DNA of 64,000 bases from Candidatus Micrarchaeaceae archaeon. GTDB lineage: Archaea; Micrarchaeota; Micrarchaeia; Micrarchaeales; CABMGC01. The stretch lies in the NCBI GenBank assembly GCA_038878295.1, contig JAVZVY010000001.1, positions 32,001-96,000 on the forward strand. Reading direction: 5' to 3'. Made by a program: the position numbers and the translations under genes. The notes under the pieces were generated by a model. That model was not told where the DNA came from and searched no databases. It saw nothing but the letters and a program-made list of their open reading frames with translations. This document shows positions 1 to 10,346 of the stretch, in pieces; positions within the stretch are counted from its first letter, which is position 1, and each line of letters opens with the position of its first letter.

Positions 1-1136
1 GTTTCTATGCCAAGCGATAACGGAGTAACGTCAAGCAGTACTATGTCTTTTACTTCGCCGGTCAAAACGCCGCCTTGTATTGCTGCACCGAGTGCCACAG
101 CTTCCATCGGATCTACGCCACGTTCTATTTTTTTGCCTAGTAGCTGCTCTATATACCTCTGCACAATCGGCATTCTGGTAGGACCGCCAATAAGGATAAC
201 TTTGTCTATGTCCTTTGGCTCAAGTTTTGCGTCTTTCAACGCTTGAGAAACAGGCTTTGTCGTGCGCTCGACTATTGGTAGTACAAGATCCTCGAGCTTT
301 GCTCTAGTTAGAGTATACGTGAAATGTACAGGGGATTTGTCCATACCCATTGTCAGAAATGGAAGATTTATTTCTGTAGTGAGCGTGGTCGATAACTCTA
401 TCTTTGCCTTTTCTGCGGCTTCCCTAATTCTTTGCATCGCTTGCTTATCTTTTGTGACATCAACGCCAGATGCTTTCTTTATCTCTCCTACCAGGAAATC
501 CACTATCACATTGTCCATGTCAGTGCCGCCGAGTTGCGTATCGCCGCTTGTCGCCTTAACTTCGAATACGCCATTTCCAAACTCCATTATTGTTACGTCG
601 AGAGTGCCACCACCAAAGTCGTATACAAGTATCTTCATTTCTTTGCCTGCCTTATCTAGACCATATGCGAGGCACGCGGCTGTTGGTTCATTTACTAGCC
701 TTACAACTTCAAGACCAGCTATCTCGCCAGCATCCTTTGTCGCCTGCCTTTGATTGTCATCAAAATAAGCTGGCACTGTTATTACTGCCTGCTTCACCTC
801 CTCACCGAGGTATGCCTCGGCATCTTTCTTTATCTTCTGCAGTAGCATTGCTGAGAGCTCTTGCGGCGAATACTCTTTGCCGAAAATCTTGTACTTGAAG
901 TTCGTGCCCATCTTTCTTTTGAATGCTGTAACCGTGCCCTCTGGATTCGCGACTGCTTGCCTTCTTGCAGGTTCGCCGACCAGCCTTTGACCGTCTTTTG
1001 TAAAAGCTACATAACTGGGAAACGCCTTGCCATAAAGCGTTGAGCCCTCGCTACTTGGTATTATTACGGGCCTACCGCCTTCGAGAACAGCTGCAGCGGA
1101 GTTTGAAGTTCCTAAGTCTATTCCGATTATCTTCAT
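1..1136 (-). CDS. dnaK: Chaperone DnaK (Hsp70); 3' part runs off the window
   Basis: Manual minus-strand translation from ATG at 1136 gives [23 protein letters not shown]..., then [18 protein letters not shown] and [18 protein letters not shown] upstream. Absent from the ORF track because it is truncated. Confidence 0.97.
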   Translation of the reverse strand, partial: MKIIGIDLGTSNSAAAVLEGGRPVIIPSSEGSTLYGKAFPSYVAFTKDGQRLVGEPARRQAVANPEGTVTAFKRKMGTNFKYKIFGKEYSPQELSAMLLQKIKKDAEAYLGEEVKQAVITVPAYFDDNQRQATKDAGEIAGLEVVRLVNEPTAACLAYGLDKAGKEMKILVYDFGGGTLDVTIMEFGNGVFEVKATSGDTQLGGTDMDNVIVDFLVGEIKKASGVDVTKDKQAMQRIREAAEKAKIELSTTLTTEINLPFLTMGMDKSPVHFTYTLTRAKLEDLVLPIVERTTKPVSQALKDAKLEPKDIDKVILIGGPTRMPIVQRYIEQLLGKKIERGVDPMEAVALGAAIQGGVLTGEVKDIVLLDVTPLSLGIE

Positions 1137-1146
1137 ATTTTCACCT

Positions 1147-1689
1147 TCACTTTTGTTGCATTTTAGCATCATCTTGTTTCTTGTCACCAGCGACAATTAC
1201 TGCCGCTGGGCGCAGTAAAATGTCATTGAGCGTGTAACCCTTCCTCACTACTTCCAATATCGAGCCTGGCTTTTCAGTACTTTCCTTGGTCATGAGGATT
1301 TCGTGCTTATACGGATCGAATTCGCCGTTTGTATCGATCTGCTGCAAGCCCTCTTTCTTGAGCTCTGTAAGTATATTTGAGTATATAAGTTCTAGGCCCT
1401 TTCTGGAACTGTCTGAACTACTTATTGAATCGATTGCTATTTCAATTTCGTCTATTGTTGGAAGTAGCCTTTTTATGAGCTCAGCCTTGGCAAGTATTTT
1501 AATGTTGTCTGCATCTTTTGCCGCGCGCTTCTTGTAATTGTCAAATTCAGCTGCAAGCCTTATGTACCTGTCGAACAGCTCTTTATATGTTTCGCTGTTT
1601 TTTATCTTTTCTGGGTCTTCTGATGATTGTTGCTTGCCGTCTTTTTTCTCTGATTCATTTTTTTGATCTTCTTTCTTTTCTTCTGCCAT
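1147..1689 (-). CDS. grpE: Nucleotide exchange factor GrpE
   Basis: [19 protein letters not shown] and [16 protein letters not shown] motifs. ATG at 1689 follows a GGTGA RBS. Adjacent to dnaK. Confidence 0.95.
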   Translation of the reverse strand: MAEEKKEDQKNESEKKDGKQQSSEDPEKIKNSETYKELFDRYIRLAAEFDNYKKRAAKDADNIKILAKAELIKRLLPTIDEIEIAIDSISSSDSSRKGLELIYSNILTELKKEGLQQIDTNGEFDPYKHEILMTKESTEKPGSILEVVRKGYTLNDILLRPAAVIVAGDKKQDDAKMQQK

Positions 1690-2092
1690 AATCACCGCCA
1701 ATTAACATTTTATCCAGCATGTCCGCAAACTCCAGCATTCTTTCGAATTCCCTTATGATATCTGCCTGCATCGCCTCTATTGTGCTCTCCATGTCAGCCT
1801 CCCTCAGCAGATACCTCCTGCCCCTTCTTGTGGCAAGGCCTATGCTTATAAGCCTGTTTATATGGTAAATTGTTGTTGTCCGTGGTATTTCCAGCTTCTG
1901 GGCGAGCTCTTTGCTGGTTAGCCCATTGCCAGTCAGGCTTGCTGCGGTTATCTCTTTCAGTATTTCCTGCTCTATGCTGTGCTTATCTTCAGACAAGCCG
2001 AAGGCTTTGCAGAACCATGAAACTAAGCTATCGACATTCTCAGACTTTGGCTTGCCGACTTGTCTGACAATTACCTTTTCTTCTGTGCCCAT
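1655..2092 (-). CDS. Winged-HTH transcriptional regulator, first gene of the grpE-dnaK operon
   Basis: LTSKELAQKLEIPRTTTIYHINRLISIGLA wHTH pattern; overlaps the grpE start. Confidence 0.75.
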   Translation of the reverse strand: MGTEEKVIVRQVGKPKSENVDSLVSWFCKAFGLSEDKHSIEQEILKEITAASLTGNGLTSKELAQKLEIPRTTTIYHINRLISIGLATRRGRRYLLREADMESTIEAMQADIIREFERMLEFADMLDKMLIGGDYGRRKERRSKK

Positions 2093-2252
2093 GTATATAA
2101 TTATGTTGCAATATATTTAAAAATATTTGTTTTTTTCAACAAAAAGTTGTAAGTTTTTAGGATTTTATGTATCATGATTTCATTGCGCAACATGGAAGTA
2201 GGTTATGGAAAGTAAGCGGCAAAGTTAGGTAATAAGATCAATAAGCCAAAAA

Positions 2253-2324
2253 TGGACTCGGCGGGATTCGAACCCGCAGCCTCCTGCATGCCATGCAGAC
2301 GCGCTACCATTGCGCTACGAGCCC
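2253..2324 (-). tRNA. tRNA-Ala(GGC)
   Basis: Cloverleaf GGGCTCG...TCTGC-ATGGCAT-GCAGG...GGTTCGAATCC...CGAGTCCA with the G3:U70 Ala identity pair. Confidence 0.95.
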
Positions 2325-2336
2325 GCAAGAGTGAGA

Positions 2337-2558
2337 TCATACAGGCGAGATAAATAGTATGTTGCCACCCCTAAGCAGTATCACGCCGAGTTTTGCCTTA
2401 AGGTTGCCACCTTCGAGCTCCTCCGCATCCTCTAAGACTATATTCATGTGCACATCAAATGATAGCACTTTTCCCCTTATTTCCTGGTTGTTTTTCAGCC
2501 TTATGAGGACCTGCTGCCCTATAGATTTGTTCAATAAGTCAAATGGCCTTTCTTGCAT
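2337..2558 (-). CDS. Sm-like archaeal protein (Lsm/SmAP)
   Basis: RPFDLL..., GKVLSFDVHMNIVLEDAEE and ILLRGGNI Sm1/Sm2 motifs. Confidence 0.93.
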   Translation of the reverse strand: MQERPFDLLNKSIGQQVLIRLKNNQEIRGKVLSFDVHMNIVLEDAEELEGGNLKAKLGVILLRGGNILFISPV

Positions 2559-2573
2559 CGAGATCACCAAATA

Positions 2574-3608
2574 TTATTTCTTCTTAGATTTGTCTTCGCC
2601 GGCAATGCGCACTGCTAGTTTTACCCTGCCTGTGCCCAGAGGTATCTGCTTTCCTAAAAGTACACTCTCTGTTACGCCTTTTATTGGATCGACTTTGTTG
2701 AATGCGGCAGCATTTACAAGATGCTTGATTGTTTCCTCATATGCTGCCTTAGCAAATATAGATTCCTTAGTGCCTGTTATGCCGTGCCTGCCTACACTTT
2801 TTATTGTTCCGGTTGCGGTCATCGCGTCGGCAAGAAGTAGAATATGGCTCATGTTTACACTGATATCCTGGTCACGCATAACTTTTGCAAATTCGTTAGC
2901 GAGGACATTCCTCGCCACTTCTATGCCGAACATTCTGTACATCGCAAATACGTCATTTGTGTATATCCTGGTCGGGTCGACGCCCTCAACATTCATGAGC
3001 GCCTCAAGATTGTTGCCGCCAGCAATTACAAAATATTCCTTTGTCTCAGGATCCTGCTGCGGCAGCGCGTGGCCTGCGCCTTCTATACCATTTATTGTAA
3101 GGTTCAGTATACGCACTGCTGATTCCCTTATCTCCTTTATCTTTTTTGTGTGGAGGTCTATTTTTATCACATTGTTTTCTACAGTACCATCAACATCTGC
3201 ATGTTTTTTTATTCTGTTTAGCACCTCTTTCGGAGTAAGAGAATTGAGTTCTAGGGCCTGATCATTGAGCTTTATAAGTATAATGCCTTTTGAGAATCTT
3301 TCAATGGCCCTTATTGCGACGTCCTTGACCTTTACCTCATTTATCTTGTTCGCTATCTCTGTGACTTTCTCTATGTTGTTCTTAATCTTGGGATCAAGAT
3401 AAACGTAAGTAAGCACTACTGTGGGCACTTTTCTTGCGTCTGCGAGCGCTATAAGTCTAGGCAATCCTGATGTAGCTATGCTCTGGGCTATTCCTGCAAG
3501 GTGGAATGATCTAAGTATCATCTGTGTGCCCGGTTCGCCTAGTGATTGGGCTGCGACCACGCCGACGGGTTCGCCGTAGCTCACCTGATATTTTGAGTCC
3601 TTTTTCAT
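2574..3608 (-). CDS. rpoA2: RNA polymerase subunit A'' (Rpo1C)
   Basis: [25 protein letters not shown] and GLPRL motifs; position in the RNAP operon. Confidence 0.96.
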   Translation of the reverse strand: MKKDSKYQVSYGEPVGVVAAQSLGEPGTQMILRSFHLAGIAQSIATSGLPRLIALADARKVPTVVLTYVYLDPKIKNNIEKVTEIANKINEVKVKDVAIRAIERFSKGIILIKLNDQALELNSLTPKEVLNRIKKHADVDGTVENNVIKIDLHTKKIKEIRESAVRILNLTINGIEGAGHALPQQDPETKEYFVIAGGNNLEALMNVEGVDPTRIYTNDVFAMYRMFGIEVARNVLANEFAKVMRDQDISVNMSHILLLADAMTATGTIKSVGRHGITGTKESIFAKAAYEETIKHLVNAAAFNKVDPIKGVTESVLLGKQIPLGTGRVKLAVRIAGEDKSKKK

Positions 3609-6128
3609 CTAATCACTAAGTTGTGCAAGCTGCGTGTAGACAGGGTCTATCTTGTTCCCTCCATAAGCGGTTTCTATTATGTTACCGTGCGGATCTCTAA
3701 CGCTTGCGTCTTCTTCAACATAGTAGTCCTGCAACGCATTTATAAGACGCCTTTGCAGATAGCCGCTTCTTCCTGTAAGAAGGGCTTTGTAGACGACGGA
3801 GCTTCTTGAGCCTATTGCATGCATGTAAAGATCAAGCGGAGTTAGCCCTATATAAAAGTTTGACGTTATGAAGCCTCTGGATGACGGTGTTATGTCTTTC
3901 GGCGGTATGTGCGGCAGAACCCTTCTCGTGCTGTAGCCTCTCGATATTCTGCCTCCAGACAGCGTTGCCTGCTGCCCAAGCAGCAGGCTCATCTGCACTA
4001 TGTTGAGCAGGCTTCCCTTAGCCCCAGCTCTTCCTGATATGAGAAGCGCGTTGTTCTTTGGATCCGTATACTTCATGAATATCTCGCCGGCTTTTGTCCT
4101 GACATTTTCAAGCTCGGCTATTATGAAATTCTCCAATGACTTGTTGCGCGTATATCCCACTAATGGCACAAGCTTGCCGGTTTCGTACTGCTTTATCAGA
4201 TCGCCTATATTTTTATACGCTGTCGCTATGAGCTCTTTCCTTTCTTTTAGCATTTCCTCAGGTACCTTATAGTCTTTTATCCCTATGGAAAGCCCGTGCA
4301 GTGTTACGTATGCATACAACATCCTCGAGGATTTGTTGATGAAATCGCGCAGGACGTCGTTGCCGAATTCAACAGCTATAGCCGCATAGAGTTTGCTGTT
4401 TCTACCATAGAGCCCCTTTGCAAGAGTGCCCTCTATTATCTTGCCATTCTCTATTTTTATTTTGCCCTGCTTTGTTTTTAACTCGAAATTCAGTCTTTTA
4501 GGAAGAAGCATTGAAAAGACATCGCGGCCCGCGTACATACCATTCTTTCCTTCCTTCGGAAGCTCGTATATGCCTGCCAGACCGAGAAGATACGTTGCTT
4601 CTGATTTCGTAAGGAAGGTATTCTCGTCAGTCAGAAGAAACGCGCCCGATATTCCGTCTTCGCCATCACTTATTATAGCGCTTCCGTCACGCGGGGAGAA
4701 AATCTGGTCCTTAACATCCATTAGATACATAGCTTCGGCCTGCGCTTCCAAAGTCTGCGGCGCATGAATATTCATCTCGTCGCCATCGAAATCAGCATTG
4801 TAAGGCGTTGTTGAGCAGAAGTTTAGCCTGAACGTCTTGCCTTTTGTGATTTTGACCTTGTGGGCCATCATAGATATCCTGTGCAGGGACGGCTGCCTGT
4901 TGAACAGCACTATGTCACCGTCTACGAGTTGGCGCTCCAGTATTTCGCCAGGTTCGAGCGAATTGAGAAGCTCTTCTCTGTTCTGCTCAGATACGTGCTT
5001 TCTGCTGCCATCTTTTAGTATGACGTTGAGCACTTCAGGATATGATGTGCGCTTGAGCATCTCTTTTGCCTTATCTATGTTCCATTTCGTTACATAAAAA
5101 GGAAACGTCAGGGTCTTAGCTATGGCAAGCGGCACGCCTATCTCATCTATGCCTATGTACGGATCTACAGATATTACAGTTCTTGCCGAGTAGTTCACTC
5201 TCTTGCCGCTAAGGTTGTATCTGAACCTGCCTTCCTTGCTTTTAAGTCGCTGCGCAAGGGTCTTCAAAGCCCTGCCGCTTCTATGTCTTGCTGGAGGTAT
5301 GCCAGCCATCTCATTGTCAAAATAAGTAGTAACATTGTACTGCAGCAATTCCCATAAGTCGTCTATGATTATTTGCGGCGCACCTGCGTTTATATTCTGC
5401 TCCAGCCTTTGGTTTATCCTCATTATATCCACAAGCTTGTGCGTCAAGTCGTCCTCGCTCCTCTCACCGGATTCGAGCGTTATTGATGGCCTCACGTTCA
5501 CTGGTGGCACCAGCAGCGCGTCGAGAATGGCCCACTCCGGCCTAGTCAATTCTGGATTGATGCCTAGCAGCTTTAAGTCTTCGTCGCTTATTTTTGAGAG
5601 CATGTCCTTTATTATGTCAGGCTTGAGGCGTTCACCGTTAAGGTAAAAGTAGGTCGGGCTCTCAAGCTTTATTTTGCCTTGCACAGCGCCGCAATGCGGA
5701 CACTTCTTGGTAGACTTCAGCTTCTTGATCATGGCAGCGTTTTCCTCGTCTGTCAATTCTTCTATATTTGCTTTTTCCCGCACTTTTTCTATGTCGTCAT
5801 TGCTAAGCATTATCCTGTGACAGCTCTGGCATGTCGACTGAAGCAGCATATATATGAATTTTGCAAATTCGGGATGGATTACAGGCCTTACAAGATCGAT
5901 ATGACCAAAGTGACCTGGGCAAACCTTTGCGCGAGCGCCGCATGTCTTACACACAAGGCCTGGGTCGACAACGCCAAGACGCTGGTCGAGTAAGCCGCCG
6001 TCTATCGGGTAGCCATCCTCGTCATAAGTGTCTGGTATGGTTAGCTTGGCGACGCTGAGCCTTCTTACCTGCTCTGAGGAAATCAAGCCAAACGTTACGC
6101 CTTTTATAAATTCTGCTTTCATACGCAT
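3609..6128 (-). CDS. rpoA1: RNA polymerase subunit A' (Rpo1N)
   Basis: CPGHFGHIDL, LFNRQPSLHR and the catalytic YNADFDGDEMN. Confidence 0.98.
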   Translation of the reverse strand: MRMKAEFIKGVTFGLISSEQVRRLSVAKLTIPDTYDEDGYPIDGGLLDQRLGVVDPGLVCKTCGARAKVCPGHFGHIDLVRPVIHPEFAKFIYMLLQSTCQSCHRIMLSNDDIEKVREKANIEELTDEENAAMIKKLKSTKKCPHCGAVQGKIKLESPTYFYLNGERLKPDIIKDMLSKISDEDLKLLGINPELTRPEWAILDALLVPPVNVRPSITLESGERSEDDLTHKLVDIMRINQRLEQNINAGAPQIIIDDLWELLQYNVTTYFDNEMAGIPPARHRSGRALKTLAQRLKSKEGRFRYNLSGKRVNYSARTVISVDPYIGIDEIGVPLAIAKTLTFPFYVTKWNIDKAKEMLKRTSYPEVLNVILKDGSRKHVSEQNREELLNSLEPGEILERQLVDGDIVLFNRQPSLHRISMMAHKVKITKGKTFRLNFCSTTPYNADFDGDEMNIHAPQTLEAQAEAMYLMDVKDQIFSPRDGSAIISDGEDGISGAFLLTDENTFLTKSEATYLLGLAGIYELPKEGKNGMYAGRDVFSMLLPKRLNFELKTKQGKIKIENGKIIEGTLAKGLYGRNSKLYAAIAVEFGNDVLRDFINKSSRMLYAYVTLHGLSIGIKDYKVPEEMLKERKELIATAYKNIGDLIKQYETGKLVPLVGYTRNKSLENFIIAELENVRTKAGEIFMKYTDPKNNALLISGRAGAKGSLLNIVQMSLLLGQQATLSGGRISRGYSTRRVLPHIPPKDITPSSRGFITSNFYIGLTPLDLYMHAIGSRSSVVYKALLTGRSGYLQRRLINALQDYYVEEDASVRDPHGNIIETAYGGNKIDPVYTQLAQLSD

Positions 6129-7957
6129 CAATCCCTTATATCTATCTTTGTCAGTATGTGCATAGATTTTATTTCGTCGAGCAGCAGCTTGAAAGCGTAG
6201 CTCATCTCGACCTGCACGACGTTAGTACTCTTGCATGCAGGGCACAGCGCCACTTTCTTTATGTAATCGTAGTAGCCTATGCTACCGCAATCCTTGCAAA
6301 TGTAAACGTTTGCCTTGTCGCTCTGGTCCAAGAGCCTCTCCTTGAGCAACATGCTTGCTCCATATCCCACAAGCACGTCTCTTTCCATTTCTCCGAATCT
6401 TATGCCACCCTGCCGCGCTTTGCCTTCGGTGGGCTGCCTTGTAAGTATCTGCACAGGACCTCTGCTCCTGACCTGCATCTTGTTGCTAACCATGTGGTAA
6501 AGCCTGTTGTAATATACCACTCCATTGAAGACCTTCGCCTTGAATTTCTCTCCAGATATGCCATCGTAGAAAGTCTCTTCGCCCAAAGCGTCGAAGCCAT
6601 GGTTTTCGAGTATCTTTGAATATTCCTCTATTTTGTCACTAGCCTTGCCTGTAAATGCTGTGCCGTCGATTATGCTGCCAGTTATAGAGCCAGCCTTTCC
6701 AGCAAGTTCCTCGAGCAATTGGCCGAAAGTCATTCTGCCGGGTATGCCGTGCGGATTGAGAAGAAGGTCAGGAATTATTCCCTGTTCTGTGAAGGGCATG
6801 TCCTCCTGAGGGACAAGCAGTGCAACTACGCCCTTTTGCCCGTGCCTGCTTGCAAACTTGTCTCCGACCTCAGGAATTCTCTGCATTCTTACTCTCACTT
6901 TTATTATCTTGGTCGTGCTTGTCGACTGAGTAAGCAGAACTTCGTCAACGACGCCTTCTTCGTTGTTCTTCATATAAGTGGAGCTATCTCTGAGCTTTTC
7001 CTCAAGGCCGCTGACCCCTACGTGTTCCTCGAGGAATCTCGGCGGAGAAAGCTTGCCTATGAGCACATCGCCCTCGCTTACGCTCGTCTCTGGCTCTATG
7101 ACGCCATCTTCGCTGAGTTTCGAGTAAGCGTGCTCACCAAGATAGCCCTCGGTTGTAGGCGGTGGTATCTTGAAGGTGTCCTTTTGGCCGCCGGGATATC
7201 TTCTCTCCTCATCGGCATACGTTTTGTAGAATATGCTCCTGCCAAGGCCTCTGTCTACAGCTGCTTTGTTTATCACCACAGCGTCAGCCATGTTGTAGCC
7301 GTAATATGAAGACAACGCAACTACAAAATTCTGACCAGCTGGATGCGTCTTCAGGTTAAGTGTTTCGTAAACCTTAGTTGTCACTATTGGCCTTTGCGGA
7401 TAATAGAGCAAGTAAGCCCTAGAATCGAACCTCTGATTGAAGTTTGTAGCGTAGAGGCCTTCGCTCTGTTTGGTAAAATTGGCAAGCATTGCGTGCCTTG
7501 CAAGGCTGTTGTGCTCAGGGAATGGACTTATGCCAAGCGTGAAGCCGAATATTGCGACTGGATCGACCTCAAGGTGAGTCGTTTTCTCGTTTATCTCGTC
7601 TTCTGAAAAAGCCACGAGCGCGTTCTCCTCTTCCGCAGCATCAAGATACTCGATCACGCCCCTTCTCATGAGATAGTTGAAGTCTATCTCCTTGTTTGCG
7701 AGCTTTTGCTTCAACTCCGGAGTCAGCTTCGACTTGCCATTTTCAACTACTATATAAGGCTTTCTAGCCCTGCCTATGTCTGAATTCACATGCACTTCAT
7801 TAATGTCTTTATAGTATGCAACATTGACTTCTCCAGAAAGAAGCCCCTGCCTTCTCAGTGATCTGACCTCGTTTGCGAAGGCTGCGCCATCCTCGACGTA
7901 GCCTATGATGCGACCATTTAGATCCACATAGCATTTTTTGTTGATTTTTTTGGCCAA
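6128..7957 (-). CDS. rpoB1: RNA polymerase subunit B' (Rpo2C)
   Basis: GDKFASRHGQKG, GGIRFGEMERD and a C-terminal Zn ribbon. Confidence 0.97.
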   Translation of the reverse strand: MAKKINKKCYVDLNGRIIGYVEDGAAFANEVRSLRRQGLLSGEVNVAYYKDINEVHVNSDIGRARKPYIVVENGKSKLTPELKQKLANKEIDFNYLMRRGVIEYLDAAEEENALVAFSEDEINEKTTHLEVDPVAIFGFTLGISPFPEHNSLARHAMLANFTKQSEGLYATNFNQRFDSRAYLLYYPQRPIVTTKVYETLNLKTHPAGQNFVVALSSYYGYNMADAVVINKAAVDRGLGRSIFYKTYADEERRYPGGQKDTFKIPPPTTEGYLGEHAYSKLSEDGVIEPETSVSEGDVLIGKLSPPRFLEEHVGVSGLEEKLRDSSTYMKNNEEGVVDEVLLTQSTSTTKIIKVRVRMQRIPEVGDKFASRHGQKGVVALLVPQEDMPFTEQGIIPDLLLNPHGIPGRMTFGQLLEELAGKAGSITGSIIDGTAFTGKASDKIEEYSKILENHGFDALGEETFYDGISGEKFKAKVFNGVVYYNRLYHMVSNKMQVRSRGPVQILTRQPTEGKARQGGIRFGEMERDVLVGYGASMLLKERLLDQSDKANVYICKDCGSIGYYDYIKKVALCPACKSTNVVQVEMSYAFKLLLDEIKSMHILTKIDIRD

Positions 7958-7965
7958 ATGAACAC

Positions 7966-9438
7966 CTAGTCGGTATTTATCTTTATGTTCTCCTTTATTG
8001 TGTTCTCGATTTGATCATCCTTGGCGCCTATGCTTACCTTTGCCATCAGGGCGAGATACTTGGTAAGGCCTACCTCTATGCCTTCCGGCGTTTCCGAAGG
8101 GCATATCTTGCCCCACTGCGTGCCATGCACGTCCCTTGCCTTGAAATGAGGATGCTTCTTCGCGAGCGGCGACTTTACGCGCCTTATGTGCGTTATCGCG
8201 CTTATGAGGTTTGTTGTTTCGAGCACTTGGGATACGCCAGTCTGGCCCGTGGGCCACGTGCCGGTGCCCATTGCGTAGAGTATCTTTTCCGTTATGGTAT
8301 CTGGGCTTATTATGGTTTGCAGATTTAGGCGCCTGCCCCTCGCACTGGTCCTTTCTATCTGGTATTTGACATCCTTTACAAAAAACTTGAAAGCGTATGC
8401 GAACAGCTCCTCCATGAGCACTCCAGAAAGCTTTATGCGCTTGTTTGCGTAGTGGTCTTTGTCGTCTTGCCTCAAGTATTTGTTAGCGACAAGCGAGGCT
8501 TTCTTGGCCATCTCCACTAGGTATTTTGCCTTCTGCTTCCTCAGCTCAGGCGAGGTGCCGATGTGTGGAAGCAAGTACGTGTCTATTTGGGTCTCTATGC
8601 GCTTGAGCTGGTATTCTTTGGCTTGACCTGGCGCGGCAGCCTGCCCAAGAGCGAGCAATGCCTCGCTCGGCCCAATGTTGTTTGCATCGCTGGTCTCGAA
8701 GTTTATGATTATGTCATTTGCCACGGCTTGCACATCAGAAGCTAGGCTTATGGCCTCTTTTTCCTGCATGCCCAGAGCCCTAAGAAGAAGCGCAAACTGG
8801 ATGTTTTTTGCAGAAGTCGGAAAGTTCACATAGAACATACCGTGCTGGTTGCGCGTAACCGTGCACCTGGCCCTAAAACTCGGGCTTGTCGAAAAAACCT
8901 TGCTAACAACTTCCGTGCCGCCACTTTCTTTTGTTGTTATTATCCTGTTTGGTGCCAGGTCCTCGAGGCCTATGAGCACGCGCTCTGTGCCCTTGATTAT
9001 GAAATAGCCTCCTGGATCGTCAGGATCTTCGTTGTCTTCTATAAGGCGCTCTCTCGGCATGCCTTTTGTGTTGCAGAGGTCGCTTTTTACCATTATTGGA
9101 AGCTCGCCGACAAAAACCTCGCCGTACGCATCCGCCTTTTCCACGCCGCGTATCACAGGCGTGACGTGTATGAATATCGGTGCTGCATATGTAAGATTGC
9201 GAAGCCTTGCTTCATTCGGCATTATAGTGCGCCTTGAGCTGTCGGCTTCTATGATTGAAGGCTTGTCTAGCCTAACCTTGCCCAGCTTGAGGGAGAAGCC
9301 CTCGACATTAGGCACAATTGTGGCCTGCCTATCAACAATCTCCTGCAAACCAAAATTAATGAACTTGTTGAAGCTGTCTATCTGCTGCTGCACGATAGAT
9401 GTCGTGCTCAGGAAGGATTCTATAAGCTCATTGCTCAT
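7966..9438 (-). CDS. rpoB2: RNA polymerase subunit B'' (Rpo2N)
   Basis: PNEARLRNLTYAAP, DPGGYFIIKGTERV and CPSETPEG. Confidence 0.97.
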   Translation of the reverse strand: MSNELIESFLSTTSIVQQQIDSFNKFINFGLQEIVDRQATIVPNVEGFSLKLGKVRLDKPSIIEADSSRRTIMPNEARLRNLTYAAPIFIHVTPVIRGVEKADAYGEVFVGELPIMVKSDLCNTKGMPRERLIEDNEDPDDPGGYFIIKGTERVLIGLEDLAPNRIITTKESGGTEVVSKVFSTSPSFRARCTVTRNQHGMFYVNFPTSAKNIQFALLLRALGMQEKEAISLASDVQAVANDIIINFETSDANNIGPSEALLALGQAAAPGQAKEYQLKRIETQIDTYLLPHIGTSPELRKQKAKYLVEMAKKASLVANKYLRQDDKDHYANKRIKLSGVLMEELFAYAFKFFVKDVKYQIERTSARGRRLNLQTIISPDTITEKILYAMGTGTWPTGQTGVSQVLETTNLISAITHIRRVKSPLAKKHPHFKARDVHGTQWGKICPSETPEGIEVGLTKYLALMAKVSIGAKDDQIENTIKENIKINTD

Positions 9439-9445
9439 GAGACCA

Positions 9446-9673
9446 CTATTCTACAACGACCCTATAAAACTTGTAAGATACGCCGTTGTCGTTCCTGTCT
9501 ATGGCTATTATCTGGCCTGGCTTGGCATTTAGAGCCAGAGCTTGGGGATCGCTCGCAAGTATCTTTGGCAGCTTGTCTATAGTGGTGTTGAGCTCTTTGA
9601 GGACTTGTTTTGCAGCGGCGTCGCTAAGGAGTTCATGCCTTGGCAAGAGGACATGCTCTTTCTTTCCGCTCAA
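9446..9673 (-). CDS. rpoH: RNA polymerase subunit H (Rpo5)
   Basis: HVLLPRHELLS...LPKILASDP...YRVVVE. Probable TTG start at 9673 after a GGTGG RBS. Confidence 0.93.
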   Translation of the reverse strand: MSGKKEHVLLPRHELLSDAAAKQVLKELNTTIDKLPKILASDPQALALNAKPGQIIAIDRNDNGVSYKFYRVVVE

Positions 9674-9815
9674 ACATCCACCTAAAACAAGCATTAATGC
9701 TAACTCAACGCGCACTGTAGGCTGGTTGTAATAATATGCATAGAAATGTATTTAAAGTTTTTTATGTATGTGAAACTGCCAGTATTTCTGCGTTTGCCTT
9801 GAAGAGCTTGAGAAG

Positions 9816-10334
9816 TCATTTTGTCTTTATCGGCACCAGCACCTTGCCTCTATTGATCACGCACTTCCTCGATGCAGAGCTGATTGAGTAGTATATGAAG
9901 AACAAATTGAGCAGTATAAGAGCTGCGAATATGTATGATTGGTATGATGAAACTGCTGACATAAATGAGCTTACCGCTATCGTATTAAGCCCTATATCGT
10001 AAAGGAGCGGCGCGAGCAACGGCGCTGTGCAACCGCAACTTGCGAAGAGGCTGCCGACCGATGCTGAGACGGCGCTCCACGCGCCTGTAGAGGCGCCCAC
10101 ATATGGCATTATCGAGTTTTTTATTGAGTAAACAGCAATTGTTAGTAGCACAGCCGAGGTCACAACAAGCGCGTAAATGAGGTACCATGGTAGCTTCACG
10201 AAGAGAATGTTGCCGCTGAGACCCATTAGATATATGAAAAGGAGATAATATCCAACGGCAAAAACCACTGTAAGTGCTGCATAAAATGGCGATAGGAATA
10301 TGCTCTTTGCCAAATACGTTTTGCTTATTGCCAT
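9816..10334 (-). CDS. Membrane protein (about 4 TM) with a SCGC motif
   Basis: Four hydrophobic segments and FASCGCTAPLL; co-oriented 12 bp after the DUF929-like gene. Confidence 0.75.
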   Translation of the reverse strand: MAISKTYLAKSIFLSPFYAALTVVFAVGYYLLFIYLMGLSGNILFVKLPWYLIYALVVTSAVLLTIAVYSIKNSIMPYVGASTGAWSAVSASVGSLFASCGCTAPLLAPLLYDIGLNTIAVSSFMSAVSSYQSYIFAALILLNLFFIYYSISSASRKCVINRGKVLVPIKTK

Positions 10335-10346
10335 CGCAATTACTTG

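Noticed and set aside
2359..3261. 300-aa plus-strand ORF, and many similar antisense ORFs (e.g. 13036-13860, 26746-27426)
   Set aside because: Shadow ORFs opposite clearly identified genes, with no motifs of their own.
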